Assembly (NCBI GenBank): GCA_963575745.1
Contig: CAUYUJ010000175.1
Span: 1-64,000 of the forward strand
DNA length: 64,000 nt
From: Prorocentrum cordatum
Taxonomy: Eukaryota
Direction: 5' to 3'
Position numbers and translations under genes: made by a program. A model generated the notes under the pieces. That model saw only the letters and a list, made by a program, of their open reading frames with translations. It searched no databases and had not been told where the DNA came from. This document shows, one piece after another, positions 49,386 to 62,050 of the stretch (within the stretch, counting starts at the first letter, position 1; each line of letters starts with the position of its first letter).

Positions 49386-51699
49386 CTCACCACCGCGGTG
49401 AGGACTGAGGAGGAGGGGGAGGAGGAGGACTGAGGAGGAGGGGGAGGAGGAGGAGGAGGAGGAGGAGGAGGAGGAGGAGGAGGAGGAGGAGGGGAGGAGG
49501 AGAAGGAGGAGGAGGAGCTGAGGGAGAAGAAGGAGAGAGGTTGACGAGGGAGGAGAAGGAGGAGGAGGAGGAGGACGAGGAGGATGAGGGGAAGAGGAGG
49601 AGGAGTGAGGAGGAGGAGCAGTGAGGAGGAGGAGTGAGGAGGAGGAACGAAAGGATGAGGAGTTAGGAGGAGTAGTGAGGAGCCAGAGGAGGAGGAAGAG
49701 GAGGAAGAGGAGGAGGAGGAGGAGGAGGGCCCAGCGGCCCTCCCCGGCGTTTTCCGCCCCTGCAAGGCCTCCTGCAGGTTTTTCGTCGCCACGGCTGGCT
49801 CCGCCTCGAGAGTCCGGTCGGCTGGGCCCGCCTCGAGAAGGGGGGGATAGCAAAGGCGGGGTCAGCGAATCAGCTCGCACGGCTGATTTTCCCGGCGCCT
49901 CCTGGCACCGGAGGCGCCCAAGCATCAAGGAAAGCGCCCAGCCAGCTGCATGCAGCAGACTCCGTGGGTCAGGACCGCCCCCCGGGGACGGGTCCGGTGG
50001 CCGATCTCGAACGGAGTTGGGCTGGGCGGGAGGGCCGATCCTCGAGAGGCGGTCCGTTGCTGCCGACTCTCTCTCGAGGTACAAGGATCGAGGATCGAGG
50101 GTGGCCTCGGAAGGGTTTGGGGCGGCTAGGGGGGGGCTGTTCGGGCCTCCCCCTACTTCTCCTCCGCCCGCCCTCCCTCTTCCCCCCCCGTCCTCCCCGC
50201 GCACCCCCGCACCTCGTCCTCCTCCAGGGAAGGCGGGGAGAGGTGAAGGGGGAAGGGCAGCGGAGAGGAAGAGGAGGAAAGAGAGGGAGGGTGGTCGCCC
50301 TCGGCGAGGCGCCGCCTCCGCACGGCCTCAGGAGCTGCCCGGCGAGGGGTCGGGAGCGGGGGGAGCAGCGCGTCAGCAGGGCCTCCCCCGCTGGCGGGGC
50401 GAACACCCGTGCGAAGCATTCGGCTGCCCCTCTTCCCATGCACGGTTCCCCCTTCCCCCGTACTCCATTGAAGGGGCCCTGGGACACACAAAAAGAAATA
50501 CACACAACTAAAAGGATCCCCCATATTTTCCCATACTTTCTGGGCTTCTGTCTTCCCTCCCACTTGCCATAGTTTCCCATATTTTCCTGGGAGTGGACGA
50601 TTAATTGTGTCTGTGTGTTTTTTCCCCTCCTGATCCATACCTCTGATCCCGGGGGAAGGAGGAGTGTCCGAGGTCTCCAGTGTACATCCTCAGCCCTTCG
50701 ATGCACCTTCGTGGCACACCGACCTGCAGAACCCTCGAAAGGGCCCTTCCGGAGCAACCGGAGAGACCATGTCACTCACAACCTCGGCACCGTGCAAACA
50801 AGCCCTCCAGAAAACGACGAGCCGACACGAAACGGCCCATGACACCCACCAGACAGAACGAATGCGACCAAAACGCCCCAACATCGACCTGCGATACCCA
50901 AGAAGCGCCACAGGATGGCTCGACAGAGCCACGCGCCCCGAGAAGCCCAAGGCAGACCAACAGCAGCCTCAGGACGACCAAGGGCGGCCCCAGGGCAGCC
51001 TGAGAGCACCCCGAAATGACCCGACCAAACGCAACAGGCTGCATGCTTCATGAGAGGGAGCGCGAACACCATGCAACGCCACGCCCACGCATCGGTGCGA
51101 TCTGGCTGAGAGGTTTCCCCAAGCGCGGTGGCGGATATGCGCGGCAGCGCAATTGGATAACTCCCCCCTGTCGCACTCCCAGACGTGTCGGCAGGGCGGG
51201 TCGGGCGTTTCGCCTGCATTTTCCTCACCAGTTATGATCCCGAAGCTCGATATCGCAGCAGGTGCAAAGCCAGAGCACTGGTTGTTTTCAAATTTGAGCT
51301 CACGCCTTGGCGCCGCGCATATTCGTTGAAATGTTTGCAACACTTACAAGGATGGAGCATCCAGCTTCAGGATAGGGCTCTCGCTCTCGCGCTGCGCACA
51401 TTCGTCTTTTGACTTCCTTGAACTCACACATTCCATGAATCCCACCAGCCCTCTGGGCGTCGGTGGTTTAACGCGTTTCCTCTTCCACCCCTCCCTCTTC
51501 CCCTTCGGGGAGGGGTTTACCCCTCCCCCTACCCCCTCCCCACTGACCTGGACAGGAGGGGCGGGGAGCGGTCAGAGCGTCCAAAACGGCCTCGGCGAGG
51601 AAGCCAAAAACATTGATTTTACGATGGTTTTGGCCCCACTTTGGCCTTCTCTGGGGGCAACGCTAATTAAGGCTCCCCTCTTCTTTAGTCGATTTCCTC

Positions 51700-51930
51700 C
51701 ACGATGGCCGCAAGAGGCCCCCAGGATGCCCCAAGAGGCCGCAGGATGGCCCCAAGATGGCCCCAACAGGCCCCCCAAGAGGCCCCCAGGAGGCCCCCAA
51801 GAGACCCCCAAGAGGCCCCAAGATGGCCCCAAGAGGCCCCAAGAGGCCCCCAGGAGGCCCCAAAGAGGATCCCGAACGGCCCACAGAGGCCCCTCCGAGG
51901 CACCCAAGACGCCGAAAAGCCCCTCAGGAC
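51700..51930. repeat. (CCCCAAGAGG)n minisatellite related to the 12-16 kb satellite
   Basis: Directly visible. Confidence 0.85.
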
Positions 51931-52399
51931 GACCCTCTACTCGCCTGGGCGTCGTTTCTGGACGGGCTGGTGGGGATTTTTTTTACGGCCGCAGGCGGAA
52001 GCGCCAGCGGCGGGCAGTCACGGTCGGGCCGCGAGCGAGCGAGCGAGCGAGCCACTCGAGCATGCCTGCTGGCTGCTCGGCCCTGTGCAGGGCATGGGTG
52101 TGCAATCAGTCTACCAGCCAGACAACAAATTTGTGAGACATGAACAGAAAATGGAATTGGGAATTCGGAAAAATGCAGAAGAGGAGGGGCAGGGAGGGAG
52201 GGAGAAGGGAGGGGAGAGGGGGGGAGGGGCATCACACCTTCATCATGCAGAACTCGATGTACTGCTTCTCCCTCCCTGGCGTTTGCAGCGCCTGTTCCAG
52301 AGAATCTGCGCCGACGTGCGCGCAGAACGGTCGGGCCGCGGCCGTGGCTAAATTCCCAAGCGCGCGCGGCGCGGCTCAGGCGGCGGGGCAGCAGGGCTT

Positions 52400-53450
52400 G
52401 CAACCCAGGGAGTCTGCAGGGCAGCCCCTGAAAGGAACATGCAACGGCGCATCCAGGGAGTCTGAACACAGGCACCGAGAAAGCAGAGCGCAGCCAAAAT
52501 GGCGCGTAAGGCGTTCCCAACAGTTCGGATACGAACAAAAAGGAAGCGGTCCCGAAGACGTCAATCCAGGGAGTCTGACGGGTAGCACAGACTGACCGGT
52601 GACACAGTCCAGCGGGGAAACCCTGACGGCAGATGCGGACTATCGCGACGTCAGAGCACGCATCCAGGGTGTGGAAACAGAGTAGCCACTGAGAACCTTC
52701 CACAACTGAGATGCGCCTGAGCCCTTGGTCCAGCGACTGGAAAGGGCGTAGCAGCGTGCACAAAGCCACACGTAGGAACACGTAGCTGATAGTGCACATC
52801 CAAAGTGTCTCAGCGCCACCCATAAGCGTGTAGGGTAGCACCCGAGGGACGGGACCGTCGTATACCCAAAACGCGTCCCTCAGAGTCACTTCGTTCCAGG
52901 GAGTCTGCAGGGCAGCCCCTGAAGGCACATGCAACGGCACATCCAGGGAGTCTGAGTACAGCCACCGAGGAAAGCCGAGCGCAGCCAAAATGTCGCGCGA
53001 GCGTTCCCGCCGTGAACGAAAAGAACGAGGGTAGGGAACGATTCCGAGCAGGACGTCTATCCAGGGAGTCTGGCGGGTAGAAACAGACTGACACTGGTGA
53101 CGCAGTCCAGCGGGAAAGATACTCTGACGGCGCCAGCGAACCGTCGCGCCGTCAGAACACGCATCCAGGGAGTAGAAGCCGAGATCCGAGGGAAAGTCTT
53201 CCACAACTGAGATGCGCCTGCGCCGAAGGACCAGCGATCTGGTCAGAGCGCAGCAAGGTGCACGAAGCCGACCGATAGAAGCACGTTGGTCGCTTGGGAC
53301 GTGCACCAATCAAAGTGACCAGCGCCACCCACTCGCACGCAAGGTGGCACCCGAGGGACGGGACCGTCGCATACCCAAAACGCGCCCCTCACAGTCACTT
53401 CGTTCCAGGAGCACGGCGGAAGGCCGTAGAAAGTTTGAAGGATCCAGGGA
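52400..53450. repeat. Diverged ~500-bp tandem duplication punctuated by TCCAGGG anchors
   Basis: 52400-52890 aligns with 52890-53400. Confidence 0.8.
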
Positions 53451-56400
53451 GTGACGCGGCCTCTGGACAGGCGAAACCGCCGGAGCCCGCAGCCGCGCGC
53501 CAGGCTGTGCCTAGCAGGTGAAAACAACTACAGTAAGGCCTGGGGCCACAGGTCCACCCGCAACAGTGCTGGCCGAGTGGACGGTGAACTGACACGCACA
53601 CCTGTATCCAAAGGCAGGAGGTCCGCGAGTCAGGGGGGGGCGGCAGAAAGCCGCAAGCGGGTGAACAGGAGAGGGAAGGGGGGAGAGAGGGGGGGAAAAG
53701 TAAGGCGGGAGGGCAGCATGCCTGCCGTAACAAATCCAGGGAAGCGACGGAAGGTCGCAATATCAGTGCGCATCGCGGGGTAGAACGCATCACCCCCTCC
53801 TCCCGTTAGGCTGAAGGCCAACGGTCCTCGTGCGCGCGCGGCGTCGGCGGAAGGCGTCGGCGGAAGCGTTCCCGTTCCAGGGAGCAAGGGGCGACGGCTG
53901 CCCTGGCGGGATGGTGTCCTGTGATCCAGGGTGAGGATGCCTTGAGTCAGCCAGTCCGCTGGCCCCAAAGCCGTCGACTGGTGACGCGGCCATCGTCGCT
54001 CCAGGGATGCCAAGACTACCGCCGAACGATCGCCAATCCATGCTAAGCACGGGGGCCGCTGCACGTAGCCGACGAGAGGAGCCCAGGGAGCCTGCAATGG
54101 CGGCCTGGCCCCGGGGGAGACGCGCGGCCCAAAAGACTCTTAGGGGAAACCCCTTGAGCAGTCCAAGGTGTGAGACACATCTCCAAGGGCTGAAGGCCCA
54201 ACTTCTATGTCCATTATGCTGCATCCCGCTGCGCCTTGGACCCTCGAACGGATACATCCATTCTGCTGCATCCCGCTAGCGTCGAGGGAGTTGACTGGTC
54301 GCTTCACCGACCCCAGCGCTGAGGTGTCCGCTTGGGGCGCCCCAGGCTGCAGGGGCGATCAAAGCTGCTGTCTCGCAGGGAACGCGCGGGGACGTGGGCG
54401 GAATGCGCTCGGTCCGGCACGTCCTTTCTGAGGCAGAGATGGGGGGGGAACGGAAAGGGGAAAAGAGGTGGTGGCCGACAGCCCCGGCGACAGGCAAGGT
54501 GATAGCTCGGGCGCAAGCCACACGCCGAAAGGAAGGAGAAGCGGCCAGAGTGAAATGAGGTGAAGCAAGGGCGGGCGCGCCCGCAGCTTATGTGACGACC
54601 ATCCACTGTGCCTGGTCCGTCTTGGGGGCGCGGCGAGCAGCGCGGCCCTTCGCCGCCTGGCGCCCCCTGCCCGCCCGTCACTCACCCAGGTACCGAAGCC
54701 GCACCTGCGCCCAGTCAACGCCGAGGTCCAGTGCGTCGCCCATGGCCCGCACGTCACAGTTGAAGCGGTAGCGGAAGGACGACAGGAAGTTGACGCACGT
54801 TTGCTGGTCGCGCCGCCGCGGGCCAAGCGCGACCTTGCGGCTAGGCAAGGCGTGCTGCCGGGCGAACGCGTGCCAGGCGCCTGTGAACCTCGCTCCCAGG
54901 GAGGCCTGACGCCGCTTTATCGCCTCGCCAGGTGTCTCCCCGGGGAGGTCCCACTGGACGTCGCCGATCTTAGTTTTATACAGCTGCTGTCCCGTGTCTG
55001 GGTCTAAGGGTTCTGGACAGTGACGCGCGGCGGGACCCCCAACCAGGGGCGGGGTGGTCACCGGCTGGTCCTCGGCGCGGCGCCTGCTGCTGCTTCTGCG
55101 GCCGCTGCTGCAGCTGCCGCCCACCCGACCCGCCAGCGCGGTCGGCGTCACTGGCCAGGTTCCGGCCCAGGGGCAGCGGGGAGACTGGAGGGTGGCCAGT
55201 CACAGAGGCTGGGCGGGGCGCCCACCCGCTGTCACGAAGACGCGCTGGGAGAACGTGCCGGCCGCACTGCCGGCGCTCCTCGGCGCTCGAGCTCGCGCCC
55301 TTGCCTGGGAGGGAGGGGCCAGGGCAGGTGGTGTCAGCCAGGGGAGTGAGGCGGTGGGTGGTTGTCTGTTCCTGTTCTTGCCCGCGCTCCCTTTACTTCC
55401 GCGCCCTCCCCGTGGGCGGCCGGCAGCTCCTGCTCATCGGGCTCTTCCGGCTCCTGCTCCGCATGCTGCTCACGCACGCTGCTCTGCGACTGATCCGACT
55501 GGTTGGGCCCGCCGCCGGAATCGTTTATGGCTTCGCGGGGCGCGGCGGCAACTGGAGCACGGAAGTCTGGCGGGGACTTGCGGGTTGGCGCGGGCCGCGC
55601 GGTTGGTCGCCAAGTAAAGGCCGAGTAGCCTCCAGCAGCTGGGGCTAAGAGGACTGCTGCAATGTGGTAAGCGGGGGCAGACCCCCCCTGTTGACGCTCG
55701 CCAGACCCGCGCTCGCCCTCGCCCACGAGCGCGCCCCCGTCTGTCGCAGCGTGACTTTCGTCAAGTGTGAGAGTGCTGCAGGTCGTACCTGGCCCAGGCA
55801 CGTTGCCAGACACCGTTTCTTTAGCCAGGACGGGGGTCGCCTTCCTCAGCGTGGTCCGGCCTTCGGGCGCGAGTGGCTGCGGCTCGCTGTCCGTTCGGGC
55901 GGATTCGCTGACAGGGGAACGAGGGCGAAGGGGCGCGAAGGGACTTCTCTCGACACGCTGGCGGATGGCCTCGATGTCCTGCCTCTGCAAGGCGTGTTCG
56001 TGGTTACCCGGGTTGCCAGACACCGTTTCTTTCGCCAGGACGGGGGTCGCCTTCCTCGGCATGGTCCGGCCTTCGGGCGCGAGTGGCTGCGGCTCGCTGT
56101 CCGTTCGGGCGGATTCGCTGACAGGGGAACGAGGGCGAATGAACGCGAAGGCACTTCTCTCGACAAGCTGGCGGATGGCCTCGACGTCCTGCCTCTGCAA
56201 GGCGCGTTCGTGGTTACCAGGCAAGGGGTCTTCGAGAGTCCCAGGGACGGCGGCGGGCGGAGTCACAGCGGGGCGTTGTTGGGCCTCGCCGCCAACCAGC
56301 TGTGTCGACAGCCCCAGGCTTTGCAAGTGGTGGGCTCCGCGTCGACCGCCGGCCACGGGGATGGCCTCGGAGGCGCTGGCTGGAGGGCCGGTGCCGATCG

Positions 56401-59400
56401 CAAACACGCGCCCGTCTGTGGCCCGCACGCACGCACGCTCCGGCGTGAACTCCTGACCCTCGATGCTGCGAGGAGGCTCGGGATGACCTCCACCATCCGC
56501 TCGGGGAGGCGTCGTGGAACTCTTCTCGGGGGGAGGCTGGTCATCGACTGCGGGCGCCCCCTCAGCAGCGCTCCCACCTGTCGCCAGGATACTGTTGCCA
56601 GGGGTGGAGAGATGGGCTATGACCTCGCTGGAAGCTCCTCGGGCTGAAGGCCCGCCTTCTGCGTGCTCGGCCCTGTCAAATCCAGGAGAGGCGGCGGGCG
56701 AGGGGCACTTCCCGTCGCCGCTCGTGGCCACATGCCCGTCGGCACTCTCGACAGCCCTTGGAGCCGTCCCCGATTCTCGAGCTGAGGGCTCGTCACCTCT
56801 GAGGTGGCTGGATGCGCCTTGGAGTCTCGAGCTGAAGGCCCGTTCTGCTGCGTCACAGGTCGCTCCAAGGGCTGAAGGCCCATCTTCTATGTCAATTATG
56901 ATACCTCCCGCTGCGTCTTGGACCCTCGAGCTGAGGGCTCGCTCCGTATGAGAATATCGCGCTGAAGGCTCGCCACGCCCACGCCTGTCTGACTGGGGGG
57001 CGGGCGGCTGACGAAAGTCTTCGGGATTAAGGGGGTGCCCAGGGAGTTGACTGGTCGCAGGATCGACCATGGCGCTGAGGCGTCCGCTCGGGGCGTCCAA
57101 GGCTGCTGGGTCGATCGAAGCTGCTGTCTCGCTGGGAGCTCCTCGGGCTGAAAGCCCGTTGTCTGTTCGAGTAGTGCTGTCAACTCCAGGGAAGGCGGGC
57201 GCGTGGCGACTCCTGTCGCCGCTTGTGGCCACATGCCCGGCAGCGCTCCCGAAGACCATAAGTGCCGTCTCAGGTTCTCGAGCTGAAGGCTCTTCATTTC
57301 TGAGGTTGCTAGATGTACCTTGGCGCCTGGAGCTGAAGGCTCGCTCAACTGCGTCAAAAGTCGCTCCAAGAGCTGAAGGCCCATCTTCTATGTTCAATTC
57401 GCAGCTGAAGGCTGCTTCACTCAGCGCAGAAGCATCCAGGAGGGATAAGGCGCAAGCCTCTGCAAAGCGAGTCGGGACCAAGGGCAGGCGTCTGCCTGTC
57501 TCCTCTCCTGACGCCCTCGCGAACACCCCCTGGGGAGGCCAACGGTTCGCTAACCAATCCAGGGAAGCGACTGAAGGTCGCAATGTCAGTGTGCATCGCG
57601 GGGTTGCTAGCATCAACCCGCCCTCCCGCTTCCAAGGCCCCCCCCTCCCCAACGCAACGGCCCAACGGTCCGCTATCCGATCCAGGGAAGCGACTGAAGG
57701 TCGCAATGTCAGCGTGCATCGCGGGGTTGATCGCATCAACCCGTCCTCCCGCTTCCAAGCTGTCCGATCCAGGGAAGCGACTGAAGGCCGCAATGTCAGC
57801 GTGCATCGCGGGGTTGATAGCATCAACCCGCCCTCCCGCTTCCAAGGTCCCCCCCCCCCAACGCGGGCGTCCCACTGCCTGCCGTCATCCGGGCCAGGGA
57901 AGGGACTGAAGGTCGCAAGATCTGTGCGTATCGCAGGGATGAACGCATCACCCCCTCCTCCAGGATCGCGCCTGCCGCTCTCAGGTCCAGGGGAGCGACC
58001 GAACGCTGCGTCGGCGTCGGAAGGCGCTCCAGGGACTGAAGGCCCATCTTCTATGGTCAGTGCGCAGCCGAAGGCTGCATCACTCGGCGCAGGCGCGTCC
58101 AGGAGGGGAGGCTCGGCGGAGTGTAGGCACAAGCCTCTGTGAAGCGAGTCGGGACCAAGGGCAGGCGTCTGCCCGTCTCCCCTGCCGACGCCCTCGTGAG
58201 CGCTCCCAGGGAGTGCCAGTTCCCTAGGCTCCCCCTCCGAGTCACAGTGGTCCCTGGGTCGAACGCCGAAGGTATCTCTCTGCCCCTCGTCAGTCTGCCT
58301 ACGAGGACCTGGATCCGCGGGGGGGGTTGCTTGTTCAGGAGTGGGGCCCTCGCCCCCCGTACTCCAGGCACCGCCGAAGGCAATCCCACCCGGCCCAGCA
58401 CCCCCCGGAGAGAAAGAGATTGGGCGCCCAGCAGTGGGCATGGGAGGGGCTGGGGTGAGAGAGGGGGATAAGCTAGGCGGGAGGGCATCATGCCTGCCGT
58501 TATCACATCCAGGGAAGCGACTGAAGGTCGCAACGTCAGTGTTCGTACTGTCGACGCCCTCGCGACCACCCCCTGTGGGAGCCAGATCCCTGGTCCTCTC
58601 TTCCACGCCGCTACGGTTCCTGGGTCGAACGCCATGGGCATCCCTCTGCCTGCCGTCATCCGATCCAGGGAAGCGACGGAAGGTCGCAAGATCTGTGTGC
58701 ATCGCAGGGATGAACGCATCACCCCCTCCTCCAGTGTCGTGCCTGCCGCTCTCAAGTCCTTGGAAGCGACTGAGCGCCGCGTCGGCGTCGGAAGGTGCTC
58801 CAGCAGCACTCCCACCTGTCGCCACAATGCTGTTGCCATGGGGGGGGCAATGGAGAATGAGGCGGCGGCCGCCGGCCCCGGCGACTGGCAATGTGATAGC
58901 TCGAGCTCGCGCCGCCACAGGCTGAGCCCCAACCGCTTGAGCATCAACAGATAGCGCCCTCGAGGTACTGTTGTCAGGGGAGGAGCAATGGGAGGCGAGG
59001 TGGTGGCCGACAGCCCCGGCGACAGGCAATGTGATAGCTCGAGCTCGCGCCACACGCTGATAGGAAGGAGGAGCTGTACCTCGACTGTCCAACTGGGGGG
59101 CGGGTGGCTGACGCAAGTCCTCGGGGTTACAGGAGTGTCCAGGGAGTTGACTGGTCGTTGCATCGCCGTCGGCGCCGAACAGTCCGCTCGGGGCGTCCCA
59201 GGCTGCAGGATCGCTCAGAGCTGCTGTTTCGCTGGGATCGTCCTCCGCCTCCACGTCCTCGCCCTCCGCCTCCATTCCCGAAGCCTTCCGCCGCCTGCTG
59301 CAGTGGCTGCTGCGGCTGCTGTCCTGCTGCTGCTGCTGCTGCAGCAGCTGCTGGGTCCCGTTGCTGCTGCTGCTGCTGCTGCAGCTGCTGCTGCTGCTGC

Positions 59401-60501
59401 GGCTGTGCCGCTGCGCCTGCCCGCGGCTGTTGCTGCTGCTTGTGCAGCTGCGGCAGTTGCTGCTGCGGCCGTTGCTGCAGCTCGCCGGCGGCCGCGCGGC
59501 GCAGCGGCGGCGCCAGAGGCAGGGCCCGCAGCGCCGGCCCCAGCGGCGCCCGCGGCGCCAGAGCCGCCGCGGCGGCGGCGGCGGCGGCGAAGGCCGCCGC
59601 GGCGCCGGCGGCCGCAGCGGCGGCAGCGGCGGCGCCAGCCGCAGGGCCCGCAGCGCCGGCCCCAGCGGCGCCCGCGGCGCCAGCGGGTCCCGCAGCGGCG
59701 GCGGCGGCGGCGGCCGCCGCGGCGCCAGCGGCCGCAGCGGCGGCAGCGGCAGCAGCAGCGCCAGCCGCAGGGCCCGCAGCGCCAGCCCCAGCGGCGCCCG
59801 CGGCGCCAGCGCCGCCCGCGGCCGGCGGTGGCGGCGGCAGCCGCCGCGGCGCCGGCGGCCGCAGCGGCGGCAGCGGCGGCGCTAGCCGCAGGGCCCGCAG
59901 CGCCGGCCCAAGCGGTGCCCGCGGCGCCAGCGCCGCCCGCGGCGGCGGCGGTGGCGAGGGCCGCAGCGGCGCTGGCGGCCGCAGCGGCGGCAGGCAGCGG
60001 CGGCGCCAGCCGCAGGGCCCGCAGCGCCGTCCCCAGCGGCGCCTGCGGCGCCAGCGCCGCCCGTGGCGGCGGTGGCTCCGCAGGCGGCGGCGGCGCCGGC
60101 GAGGGCTTGGCGACCGCGGCGCCGGCGGCGCCGGCCGAGCAGGCGGCGCCCGCGGCGCCGGCGGCGCCCGAGGCGCCCGCAGCCCCGCAGGCCGCCCAGC
60201 CCGCAGCGTCGCCCCAGCAGCGCAGCGGCGCCCGCGCCGGCGGCGCCAGCGGCGGGCAGCAGCCGCGCAGCGGGCCCGGCGGCAGCGGCGGCCGCCGCGG
60301 CGGAGGCCGCGCGGGCGGCAGCAGGCCCGGCCGCGGCAGGGGGGGCCGGGCGGCCGCCCGGGCGGGGGCGCCGAGCCGTTGGCCCGGGCCCCGCCAGCGG
60401 CGCGGGCGTCAGCAGCGCGCCGCTGCCGTCGCCGCCGCGCCGCCCGAGATCCCATCCGGCCCAGGCCCCGGCGGCGGCGGACCCAGGTCGCGCCGACCAA
60501 C

Positions 60502-60538
60502 CTTGAGCTAGAACGCCTTGAGCCAGAGGGGCTACGGA
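60502..60538 (-). other. Full-length plus truncated relict spliced leaders in tandem
   Basis: Minus strand reads TCCGTAGCCCCTCTGGCTCAAG (19/22) immediately followed by the 15-nt GCGTTCTAGCTCAAG. Confidence 0.8.
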
Positions 60539-61169
60539 ACTGGTGGGGATACGCGAAGCGTCTAGAATTTCAACAGATGTAGCAGCTGCATGGATGCAGG
60601 CCGGCCACCTTGTCAAAACGGGGCCCTCGCTTGAGACCTCCTCGAAGCTCATGACCACAAATAGAGGTAGATACGGCTACACTGATGCAGGCGGCCCTGT
60701 TTCAAAATGGGGACTCCGCTGGACACCTCGTTGCTAATATGAGGAGGAGGAGGAGGAGGAGGAGGAGGAGGAGGAGGAGGAGGAGGAGGGGGAGGGGGAG
60801 GAGGAGGAGGAGGGGGAGGAGATCATGCCGTTCTGCACTCCTGACTACGCGTCAGACGGATGCAGGCCCGCTCCTTCTCGAAACGGGGCTCTCGGCTGAA
60901 CGGCAGGACCCTGCGCCGGCCTGTCAAGGGGGCACTTCCTGGGGTCACTCTGGCCCTCGTCCGTCTCCCTATCCTCCTCCTGCCTCCTCCTCCTCCTCCC
61001 TGCTCATCTTTAGGGAAACCAAAAAATACCGATACCGCTAGTGAGCGATTCTTCCCCTCCAGGGCAACGGTCGTTACCGGGGGGGGTCGGGTCGGGCGGG
61101 AGGGTAACGGTAACGGCGGCCGCGGCGTGCACCCACCAGGGTGCGTCCGCGCCACCAGCTCATCAATCG

Positions 61170-61505
61170 CCTGTGTGCACGAGTCCCTGCGTACACGACA
61201 ATGCCCAATGCCTGCGCACAACACACCGCCGCCTGTGTACACCTGAGTGCCCCCGTACACCACAACAGCCGCGTGTACCGCAGCCCCACGTCGCCACCGC
61301 AGTGCCTGTGTAACCTGCAGCAACCGTGTGCGCAACAGCGCCTGCGTACACCTCGTTGCCTGCGTGCACCAGAGCGCTTGTACACACGACAGCGCCAGTG
61401 TACACCACAGCAACGACGTGTACCGCAGAGCCTACGCACGCCACAATGCCGCCGAGCACCACAACGCCTGTGTACACCAAAACGCCAAACATGCCAACAA
61501 GTACA
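61170..61505. repeat. Degenerate minisatellite (gcctgtgtacacc-like)
   Basis: Directly visible. Confidence 0.7.
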
Positions 61506-62050
61506 TCAGTAGATTGTGAGGCCTCCTTGCGGGACTCGCCACAGACCACGGAGGCCTTCAGGACTCGTCATCCATGTCCTCCTCCTCAACCTCCTCCTCC
61601 TCCTCCTCCTCCTCTTCCTCCTCCTCCGCCTGCACCTCCTTCTCCCTGTCCTCTATTCCTCTCCTCTTTCAACGGTCCTGGCGGACTTCGCTGAGGGGGA
61701 ATACGGAGCGGGGGGAGGAGCAGCGGGAGGAGCAAGAGGAGCAGCAACAGGAGGAACAGCAGGAGGAACAACAGGAAGAACAGCAGGAACACGCATGTGA
61801 GCACCGAAACATACCTTTCGGCACCACGCCATGCCTGTAAGCTCGGCGCCGCAACAGATGGGGAGACTGCGGGCGCCACAACACGATTATGACCACCGAA
61901 GTGTGCCTTTCAGCAACGCGCCATGCCTGTCAGCACGGTCCGCCCTCCTACCGTGTAGGGGGGGGTCCGGGCCTCCCCGCCCAGTACCATCGTTGGCGAC
62001 ACCCGAAGGGGGGCGGGGGATTTGGCCCGGGTAACGAGCGCTACGCTTAC

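Larger units (their letters stand above)
52400..60538 (-). mobile_element. Spliced-leader-headed, repeat-built retroposed element with a 1313-codon open frame (55334-59275) and a downstream 157-aa frame (54678-55151)
   Basis: SL relics at 60538-60502, an A/G/P/Q-rich 5' region, a mosaic of repeated modules and no recognisable enzyme domain; the 3' boundary is uncertain. Confidence 0.5.

Noticed and set aside
52237..52304. Exon-like segment (SLEQALQTPGREKQYIEFCMMK, minus strand) as an upstream GH7 exon
   Set aside because: It has AG/GT borders but no resemblance to the expected YCDA-containing segment; left unassigned.
57558..57830. Hammerhead ribozyme in the hairpin motif
   Set aside because: Only CTGAAGG is present; the CUGANGA...GAAA core with three stems is not evident.
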